The notes under the pieces were generated by a model. The model was not told the DNA's origin and searched no databases. It saw only the letters and a program-made list of their open reading frames with translations. Below, in pieces: positions 57,052 to 64,000 of a stretch of DNA of 64,000 nucleotides. Both the position numbers and the translations under genes were made by a program. Positions within the stretch are counted from its first letter, which is position 1; the number at the start of each line of letters is the position of its first letter. This DNA comes from Candidatus Jacksonbacteria bacterium RIFOXYB2_FULL_44_15 (GTDB lineage: Bacteria > Patescibacteriota > Patescibacteriia > UBA9629), in contig MHJY01000005.1 in the NCBI GenBank assembly GCA_001818235.1, positions 19,277 through 83,276 of the forward strand, written 5' to 3'.

Positions 57052-58938
57052 CTACGTCGGAGAGACCTTGCCGTCTCTTTGCGACATGTTATAACGCTCT
57101 AGCAACGCACGGCGGTATTGCGTCGTTTCCTCGGCAGTGAACGCATCACCATTGATCACTGACGAAAAGACCGTCCATAGCTCTGGCGCCGCCTCGATTT
57201 TGTGCGACAACCGACTCGCCATCCGCCGCCCAAATGGTGTGCCAGGTAGAGGACTGGTACAGAAAAGCGAGAAGTTAACGCGCGTTTTACTACCGCGAGT
57301 AATTTTGTACAGCACTTCCAGATTTTGCTCCAGTCTGGCGCGATTTACCGCCGATTCCTCGGGCGCGCCAATCATAACCGCTAGATTCAGAAACGGTATC
57401 TCTGTTTCTAACAAATGTTTGATTATATTTGACGCTTCGGGTGTATGCAAGCGATCAAGTTTCGTTAAACGACTTTCTCGTAAAAGAGAATCTTCTAAAG
57501 GTAGTAACAACCGATGCGCACCGGAAAAACATATTTCATCATGAGAGTTCCAAAAAAGTGCTTCGAACAACTCTTTTTTTACCTTTCCGTTACGATCAGT
57601 TAACCGTTGTGTTTCCAAACCCACCGGGAACTCCCACGCGACATTTTGATCACGCATGTAGTTGAATATCGCAATCAACTCTGATGGCCGACGTAACAGT
57701 AAATTATCATCGCTGATCATAAAGAGTTGGCAACCTGCTTGAATATAATGATCGAAGTGTCGAATAACTTCCGAAACTGGCAATCGCCAGAGCTGTGTAT
57801 TTGCCTCGGTACAATATTCACACACACCGCTACAGCCGCGGGACGTTTCAAAGTATGCCGCAAATCCATTTTTTGATATGATTCCTGAAACAATTGGACC
57901 GCCGCCACTTTCAGTATAGCGGGTCTGATCAAAGCCGATCAGCTTGAAATCGAATAATTGTGGTCGGAAAGTACGGTTAATTCCGCCAAGAATTTTTCGA
58001 TCATTCGGTTGGATACCTCTACTTAGAGCAGAAAAAAAATTTGACAGTGCTACATCTCCATCACCTATACCGATATAGTCGGCGCCAGCCTTGAAGTAAA
58101 ATTTATGCCGCTCTGGGGTGCCAGCATCACGACCGCCGACAAGAATTAAAGCAGTAGGATGCGATTTTTTGATAATCCGCATCACTGTTGCAATACTATT
58201 TGCTTCGGCCGTGAAATTCGCGGTCAAAACAAATACATTTGCATCAGTGTTCATGATTCGCGTGGAGTAATCGCCAACAAGGTGGCGAGTTAACATCATC
58301 TCACCGTACTTGATTGGCGGCAAATATTCATCACCAATCTGGTCTCGCCATTTAGTTGAATCATCGAGACTTCGTAAATCGAGTAACTTGACTTTAAAGT
58401 CCTCCTGCAAGCAAGACGCTAACGCAACCTGACTTTGCGGCCAGGTATTAGTTCGAACAGGATTAAATGGCACATTGCCATTCAATAAAACTGGACATGG
58501 TTGAACGACCAACGCGATCCTCAGTTTTTTATTGTCCAGTCTGATAATTGCACACATAGTCCAGCTTTCGTGCCCGATGGCTTGAAAATTTACCGATCCC
58601 TTTGCAGAAATTGGTTTATTTTCGGTAGCCATCTGTTTGACAATATCAGGAGTTTGTGTAATCCACCAATTTTCTCGTTGCATCCGAGGGTCAACGATAA
58701 AATGAAATTTATGATCTTTTGGATTATATTCCAAACAATCGTCAAAATCATTGTAATGCCAGTTAGGCACTGGCGGATTGATATTAACTAGAAACAAAAA
58801 CAAAATAAGCAATACTATCACTATTCGCTTCATGCTGATCCTCCTGTTAAAATTGCAGTTTTTTTGACAAAGACCTAGAGTTAATAAGATACCATAAAAT
58901 ATATAAAAAATCAATAGAAACAGGTAATGTGCAGACAC
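57052..58938 (-). CDS. B12-binding (class B) radical SAM enzyme with N-terminal membrane anchor
   Basis: RGCSGVCEYC (CxxxCxxC). B12-binding domain ILVGGRDAG...GIGDGDV. N-terminal TM MKRIVIVLLILFLFLV. Confidence 0.7.
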   Translation of the reverse strand: MSAHYLFLLIFYIFYGILLTLGLCQKNCNFNRRISMKRIVIVLLILFLFLVNINPPVPNWHYNDFDDCLEYNPKDHKFHFIVDPRMQRENWWITQTPDIVKQMATENKPISAKGSVNFQAIGHESWTMCAIIRLDNKKLRIALVVQPCPVLLNGNVPFNPVRTNTWPQSQVALASCLQEDFKVKLLDLRSLDDSTKWRDQIGDEYLPPIKYGEMMLTRHLVGDYSTRIMNTDANVFVLTANFTAEANSIATVMRIIKKSHPTALILVGGRDAGTPERHKFYFKAGADYIGIGDGDVALSNFFSALSRGIQPNDRKILGGINRTFRPQLFDFKLIGFDQTRYTESGGGPIVSGIISKNGFAAYFETSRGCSGVCEYCTEANTQLWRLPVSEVIRHFDHYIQAGCQLFMISDDNLLLRRPSELIAIFNYMRDQNVAWEFPVGLETQRLTDRNGKVKKELFEALFWNSHDEICFSGAHRLLLPLEDSLLRESRLTKLDRLHTPEASNIIKHLLETEIPFLNLAVMIGAPEESAVNRARLEQNLEVLYKITRGSKTRVNFSLFCTSPLPGTPFGRRMASRLSHKIEAAPELWTVFSSVINGDAFTAEETTQYRRALLERYNMSQRDGKVSPT

Positions 58939-58983
58939 ATATGGCGGTTTTTGCTTAAATTGCCTCGCAGACTAGCTATTTTA

Positions 58984-60243
58984 CTAGCAACTATTCCCAG
59001 CGACGAAGCCGGTGGTCCAGCAAAGCTGTAAGCTGTAGCCGCCAGAAGGCCGGTCAATATTCAAAACATCGCCGACGAGATACAGATTTGGTATGAGGCG
59101 AGATTGCATAGTTTTAAAATTGATTTCTTCCAGCTCGACGCCGCCTGAGGAAGCGATCGCTTTGTCTGCCCCGAGCAGTCCTTTTACGTGCAGAGGAATT
59201 TCTTTAAAGAGCGTGATTAATTTTTTCCGGTCAACACTTGGCACACTGTGATTCGGCGTGTCGCCATTCACTTTTGCAAGTGTGAGTAATTCGTGCACCA
59301 AGGCAGTAGGCATAAGTTTAGCGAGTGTATTGGCTAATTTTTTATTACTGTCATCAACGAAAAGATTTTGAAGTTTAATTTTTAACGCACCATGATCAAA
59401 ATTCGGAAACAGATCAAGGGCGATAGTAACCTCGCCGTTTTTTAACAATTCACCGATTTCTTTGCTCATATTAAGCACGGTCGGTCCGCTAATGCCGAAA
59501 TGGGTGAACAGCAGGCTGCCTTTGTAAATTTTTTGTTTTTTATTGTTTTGAAAAGTAGTTAGTTTAACATCATCCAGTGTCACTCCGCTGATTTTTTTTG
59601 TCCACGCATCTGCCAATTCTATCGGCACCAGCGCGACATCAGTATCAATTATCAAGTGTCCTAATTTGCGGAGCCACAGAAATGCTTCGCCGGTTGAACC
59701 GGTTTCCGGATGTGAATTGCCGCCAGTAGCTAGGATGCAGGCGCGCGTTTCCAGCGCTTGGCCGTCAGCCAACTTGATAGTGATATGTGCAGAAGCCGCA
59801 GAACTAAATATACCGGCAACTGTTTGGCCGGATTGTAGCTCAACATTTCCTTCTTTTAAATAATCAACTAACACCTCAAGAATTGATTGCGCTTTATCCG
59901 AAACCGGGAAAACTCTACCTTCGTCTTCAATTTTTGTCGCCAAGCCGCGCTTATTAAAGAAATCAAGCGTATCTTTAACATTAAACTGCGCGAAAGCGGA
60001 AAAAAGAAACTTGTCGCTGTCTTTATACCGAGCGAGCATGGTCCGCGTTTCCGGACAATTGTTCGTCACGTTACAGCGTCCGCCGCCGGTCAGCAGAAGT
60101 TTTTTGCCAAGGGTCGGATTCTTTTCGAGCAGTAAAACTTTTTTCCCTCGCTCCCCGGCTCTCCCAGCGGCCATCATCCCAGCCGGGCCTGCGCCGATAA
60201 CAACAACGTCCCAGAGCATTTTTTTTTGTTGGTTAGCTTTCAT
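58984..60243 (-). CDS. HI0933/YhiN-family FAD-dependent oxidoreductase
   Basis: VVVIGAGPAGMMAAGRAGERGKKVLLLEKNPTLGKKLLLTGGGRCNVTN. Confidence 0.75.
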   Translation of the reverse strand: MKANQQKKMLWDVVVIGAGPAGMMAAGRAGERGKKVLLLEKNPTLGKKLLLTGGGRCNVTNNCPETRTMLARYKDSDKFLFSAFAQFNVKDTLDFFNKRGLATKIEDEGRVFPVSDKAQSILEVLVDYLKEGNVELQSGQTVAGIFSSAASAHITIKLADGQALETRACILATGGNSHPETGSTGEAFLWLRKLGHLIIDTDVALVPIELADAWTKKISGVTLDDVKLTTFQNNKKQKIYKGSLLFTHFGISGPTVLNMSKEIGELLKNGEVTIALDLFPNFDHGALKIKLQNLFVDDSNKKLANTLAKLMPTALVHELLTLAKVNGDTPNHSVPSVDRKKLITLFKEIPLHVKGLLGADKAIASSGGVELEEINFKTMQSRLIPNLYLVGDVLNIDRPSGGYSLQLCWTTGFVAGNSC

Positions 60244-60244
60244 A

Positions 60245-60814
60245 CTAAAAAATCATTTCGTCCAGCAAGGCCGTTACCCCGATTTTCTTTTTCGCGGAAT
60301 AAGGAATAACCAGATGCCCGCCGATCACCTCTTGAATGTTCTCCAGCTGGCTTTCGTACTCTGATTTTTTGATTTTGTCTATTTTATTCGCGACGACAAT
60401 AATATTTTTTTTATATTTTTCCAAGCAACGGAGTATTTCCAAGTCATTTTCTTGCGGGCCGATGTGTGCATCAATAATCAATACTATTTTTTCCTGGATG
60501 TACGGCGAGGTGAACAAGTACCAGTTAATCAATTGTTCTAATCTGTCACGCAAGGCTTTCGATGTCCTGGTAAATCCATATCCCGGCAGATCGACTAAGT
60601 AGAACGAGTTATTTATTAAAAAAAGGTTAATTTCCTGCGTGCGCCCGGGAAAGGAACTGGTGCGAGCCAAAGCCTTTCGCTCCACCAAAGAATTGATGAC
60701 CGAAGACTTGCCGACATTGGAACGCCCGATAAAAGCAATCTGCGGTTTGCCGTCATCAAGGATCTCGTTAGTTCCGACGACGCCTTTTATAAATTTTGCC
60801 GAGGATATTTTCAT
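60245..60814 (-). CDS. engB: Ribosome-biogenesis GTPase EngB/YsxC
   Basis: IAFIGRSNVGKSSVINSL (G1), DLPGYG (G3), NKID (G4). Confidence 0.85.
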   Translation of the reverse strand: MKISSAKFIKGVVGTNEILDDGKPQIAFIGRSNVGKSSVINSLVERKALARTSSFPGRTQEINLFLINNSFYLVDLPGYGFTRTSKALRDRLEQLINWYLFTSPYIQEKIVLIIDAHIGPQENDLEILRCLEKYKKNIIVVANKIDKIKKSEYESQLENIQEVIGGHLVIPYSAKKKIGVTALLDEMIF

Positions 60815-60834
60815 AAATTTTTTTGAATGTTTGA

Positions 60835-62304
60835 TTACAGCGCGCCTAAATCAATAATATCATCAATCTGAATTTTAGAAACAAAATCAGGAATATGGCT
60901 GACGAGAATCAGCGCGCCTTTGTACGCGTCGAGTGCTGACGCGATCACCGGCAAATGGCGGAAATTGATGTGATTTGTCGGCTCATCAAGAATTATCAAG
61001 CCTGGTTTCATCAAGACTAAGCGCGCGAAAGCCAGCAGTCCTTTTTGACCTTCGGATAACATTTTGATTTTGCTCGCCAGCGTTTTTCCGTCGAGCAGAA
61101 ATCCGGCGGCCACTGACCGGAGCTGTTGTTCGTCTTTCTCGGCCATGACTTCTTCCAGGCTGTTATAGGCTGTTTGCTCAAAATCCAGCATCGAGAAATC
61201 TTGTCGATAATAACCAGTCTTGATGTCCGGGCCAATTGTCGCCCCAGTCGCTTTGCCGGCAACGATCTTCTCGAGTAAAGTACTTTTTCCGATACCGTTC
61301 GGCCCGGCGATTAAAAGATGCGATCCCCGGCGCAAAACTAAATTGACGTCCTTGGTAACCGGCTGGCCGTTTTTAATAATGCCAACTTGCGGCAGGGAAA
61401 TTACCGTGCCGTTGAAACTGGCCGGAAATTCCTGAACCGGAATGTCGAAACTGCGAATCGTTTTGTCCTCGCGGCGCACGTCAACTCTGCTTTCTTCCAT
61501 ATCATCCGCGGCATATTCACGCATACGTTTGGCGACCGCGCGTAACTTGCCGCCCTTATGCGCGAACACTTCTGCCTGCGCTTTCTTTTTTTTGATTTCC
61601 GTTTCTGCCCGGGCGTTCTGCTGGCGCTCGCGCTCGATCCGATCGGCAATTTCCGCAACAACATCAAGATAATTACCAATATATTTTTCAATTTTATGCG
61701 TATGAACATCAAGATATAAGACGGTGTCGGTAAAACAATTAAGGAATTCCGCGTCATGGGAGATGATGATCAGGGTTTTATCATATTCCAAAAGATAGCC
61801 CATCAGGTGATTGATGCCGGTTTCGTCAAGGTTATTAGTCGGTTCATCCAGCAAAAGAATATCAGGATCCTGAATCAGCGCGTAGGCCAGTAATAATCGC
61901 GCCTGTTGGCCGCCGGAATGCGCGCTGACTTTTTTTGTCAAAACCGTTGTTACGTTGACGGCATTAAGGACATCATTGATGCGCTTATCAAGATTGTACG
62001 GTTTTTCCGCGAACGTCGTGGCAAACCAGTCGCGGACAGTCAGCTCCATTTGTTCCGGCGGGATGACTTGCTTGGCGATGCCGATGGTCGCGTCAGACGG
62101 TGTAACGAAGATGCCGCCTTTATTTAATTTGACTTCACCTAAGATCAATTTAAAGAGCGTTGACTTGCCTGCTCCGTTTTGGCCCATGAGCGCGACTTTC
62201 GCGCCGTTGCGTACGCCAAAACTAACCTCATCTAAGACAGGCTTACTTTCGACATAACTAAATTTCGCGTCGCTAAAACGCAATACAATGGTATCGTTCG
62301 CCAT
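60835..62304 (-). CDS. ABC-F family ATPase (two tandem ABC domains, no TM domain)
   Basis: Two Walker A sites (GQNGAGKST and GPNGIGKST) and two LSGGQ-like signatures. 489 aa. Confidence 0.8.
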   Translation of the reverse strand: MANDTIVLRFSDAKFSYVESKPVLDEVSFGVRNGAKVALMGQNGAGKSTLFKLILGEVKLNKGGIFVTPSDATIGIAKQVIPPEQMELTVRDWFATTFAEKPYNLDKRINDVLNAVNVTTVLTKKVSAHSGGQQARLLLAYALIQDPDILLLDEPTNNLDETGINHLMGYLLEYDKTLIIISHDAEFLNCFTDTVLYLDVHTHKIEKYIGNYLDVVAEIADRIERERQQNARAETEIKKKKAQAEVFAHKGGKLRAVAKRMREYAADDMEESRVDVRREDKTIRSFDIPVQEFPASFNGTVISLPQVGIIKNGQPVTKDVNLVLRRGSHLLIAGPNGIGKSTLLEKIVAGKATGATIGPDIKTGYYRQDFSMLDFEQTAYNSLEEVMAEKDEQQLRSVAAGFLLDGKTLASKIKMLSEGQKGLLAFARLVLMKPGLIILDEPTNHINFRHLPVIASALDAYKGALILVSHIPDFVSKIQIDDIIDLGAL

Positions 62305-62436
62305 TACTCATCAGCTTACTCGATAATGGCGGATTTGACAATGGGGAGGATGGCGCATTACTCGCCTCACCGCTTGACATTATCAGTTATATATTTTGAA
62401 TAAAGCGAGCTTTGGTGATTGTGGATAAGGCTACTT

Positions 62437-62465
62437 TTGATTTTCGGTGGATTTTCGGGTATAAT
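62437..62465 (+). promoter_or_regulatory. Sigma-70-like promoter (TTGATT-17 nt-TATAAT) for the lexA-MTase gene. The spacer contains a direct repeat GATTTTCGG x2. The palindrome TAACTT-acta-AAGTTA at 62504-62519 is a candidate operator.
   Basis: Sequence motifs only. Confidence 0.4.
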
Positions 62466-62526
62466 AAATTCAATATATCATTACTATTTTTTTAGTCAAT
62501 AAATAACTTACTAAAGTTACCCACAT

Positions 62527-64000
62527 ATGCACACACCCACTAAAAAACAAAAACAAATTTTAGATTTCATCACCTCTTACATAAACAAGCATGGCATATC
62601 CCCTACCATAGAGGAAATGTCTAAACACTTCAAACGTGCAGTTGGTACGATTCATGAACACGTAGAAGAATGCGTAAAAAAAGGATGCATTAAAAAAAAT
62701 AGTAATTCTTCGCGCGGCATTGAATTATACAAACAATTCGAAATGATAAAAATTCCGTTGTTGGGCACTATTACCGCCGGCCAACCCATCGAAGCAGTAC
62801 AGGAAAAAGAAACAATCGCCATCGCTAAAGATCGATTGCCGCATTCTGGCAGCTTTTTTGCTTTAAAAGTTACTGGCGATAGTATGATTGAAGAAAATAT
62901 TGCAGATGGTGATTATGTAATTGTAAAACAACAAACAACGGCCGAAAATGGGCAAAAGATTGTGGCACTTATAAACGATAATGATGCAACTTTAAAAAAA
63001 TTTTATAGAGAAAATAACAATATACGATTACAACCTGCAAATCAAAAATTTCAGCCTATTTTTGTTAAACCAGAAAATTTTAAAATCCAGGGTGTCGTTG
63101 TAGATATAATTAAAAACACAAAATTTCAACCAAATGTTATTTTTAAAAAGGAAGAAACCACAGCAACCAAAACCAAAGGGTCCTATAATTTTGAGGATAT
63201 CAAAAGGCTACTAGGCAAACCATATTTTGAAACAGACAATTGTTTTATTTATAACGTGGATTGTTTAAGTGCGATGAAGAAAATTGAAAGAGAAGCCATC
63301 GACCTAACAGTTACAAGTCCTCCGTATAATATCGGAAAGGAATATGAAACCGATAAACCTATACAAGAATATATAGATTGGTGCAAACAATGGATGAATG
63401 AAGTATACGGAATCACAAAACAAAATGGCTCGTTCTGGCTAAATTTAGGTTATTTTGAATTTCCTCAAAAAGCAAAAGCCCTCCCCATTACCTATCTATT
63501 ATGGGATAAAACTCCATTTTATTTAATTCAAGAAGTTGTCTGGAATTATGGCGCCGGAGTGGCAGCGAAGAAATTTTTATCTCCACGCAATGAAAAATTT
63601 CTTTGGTACGTGAAAAATCGAGAAAATTATTTATTTAATCTTGATAATATAAGAGATAAAAATGTTAAATATCCCAACCAAAAGAAAAATGGCAGACTAA
63701 GATGTAATCCGCTTGGCAAAAATCCCTCAGATGTGTGGCAGATACAAAAAGTTACATCTGGTAAAGATAGGAGCTCAAAAGAAAGAACTGAACACCCAGC
63801 ACAGTTTCCCGAGGCTTTAATTGATAGGATCATTTTAGCATCGAGTAACAAAAAAGAAGTCATATTAGACCCCTTCTTAGGTTCTGGCACTTCTGCCATC
63901 TCTGCTTTAAAGAATGAAAGAAAGATTATTGGCTTTGAAATTTCAAAAAAATATTGTGGGATCGCCGAACAAAGAATAATAAAGTTACTAGAAAATCAGA
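62527..64000 (+). CDS. LexA-like repressor (wHTH + S24 autopeptidase) fused in frame to a pfam01555-type SPPY (likely N4-cytosine) DNA methyltransferase; 3'-partial (runs off window)
   Basis: ATG 62527. No stop through 64000 (491 codons, checked by hand). It is absent from the ORF track because it is open-ended. The LexA NTD is QKQILDFI...HGISPTIEEM...SRGIELY, with cleavage site LLGTITAGQPI and catalytic VTGDSM...ATLKKF. The MTase has TVTSPPYNIG (motif IV) and ILDPFLGSGTSA (motif I). Confidence 0.75.
   Translation, partial: MHTPTKKQKQILDFITSYINKHGISPTIEEMSKHFKRAVGTIHEHVEECVKKGCIKKNSNSSRGIELYKQFEMIKIPLLGTITAGQPIEAVQEKETIAIAKDRLPHSGSFFALKVTGDSMIEENIADGDYVIVKQQTTAENGQKIVALINDNDATLKKFYRENNNIRLQPANQKFQPIFVKPENFKIQGVVVDIIKNTKFQPNVIFKKEETTATKTKGSYNFEDIKRLLGKPYFETDNCFIYNVDCLSAMKKIEREAIDLTVTSPPYNIGKEYETDKPIQEYIDWCKQWMNEVYGITKQNGSFWLNLGYFEFPQKAKALPITYLLWDKTPFYLIQEVVWNYGAGVAAKKFLSPRNEKFLWYVKNRENYLFNLDNIRDKNVKYPNQKKNGRLRCNPLGKNPSDVWQIQKVTSGKDRSSKERTEHPAQFPEALIDRIILASSNKKEVILDPFLGSGTSAISALKNERKIIGFEISKKYCGIAEQRIIKLLENQ

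Noticed and set aside
62305-62436. TTGACA hexamers at 62333 and 62369 as alternative promoters for the lexA-MTase gene
   Set aside because: No acceptable -10 element at 16-18 bp spacing. The TTGATT-17-TATAAT pair at 62437-62465 is the better candidate.
63627-63899. Tracked 90-aa minus-strand ORF
   Set aside because: It lies antisense inside the long open-ended plus-strand LexA–MTase reading frame, which has clear domain motifs. Spurious.
1-64000. CRISPR arrays, rRNA genes, additional tRNAs
   Set aside because: Intergenic regions were scanned by eye. No spacer-repeat arrays and no rRNA-like GC-rich blocks were found. Only one cloverleaf (tRNA-Pro) could be folded. Small structured RNAs may have been missed without covariance-model tools.

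Overview
This window looks like a segment of a low-GC (roughly 40%), small-genome bacterium with many Patescibacteria/CPR-like traits. It has a compact tuf–S10–spc ribosomal cluster that lacks L30. Several r-proteins carry lineage-specific extensions (S10, L23, L22, L5), and L24 appears to carry a Cys4 zinc ribbon. Housekeeping content is dense: PheS/PheT, a LysRS–HD fusion, SerS, AspS, SecY, Adk, Map, EF-Tu, MurA, MiaA, TatD, PyrK/PyrC and a UvrD-type helicase–nuclease. One tRNA-Pro(CGG) was folded by hand. Three noticeably AT-richer accessory patches interrupt this. (i) A tRNA-Pro-adjacent cluster holds a Dam-like methyltransferase, a putative PUA/EVE-like + PD-(D/E)xK nuclease, and a circularly permuted pfam01555-like methyltransferase. 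(ii) A DinD-like gene is paired with a nucleoside-deoxyribosyltransferase-like gene, next to a membrane-anchored B12 radical-SAM gene. (iii) At the right edge, an open-ended ORF missed by the ORF track encodes a complete LexA repressor fused in frame to an SPPY (N4C-type) DNA methyltransferase. The genome also carries a family of short palindromic and GC-rich direct-repeat-flanked elements. Some are inserted in frame inside tatD, pyrC and miaA, in the manner of Rickettsia palindromic elements (RPEs). There are microsatellite-like tracts inside miaA and pheS. An S8 protease is split by a +1/-1 frameshift at a T5 run. No CRISPR array and no rRNA genes were seen. All protein calls rest on motif recognition by eye. 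No database search was possible.
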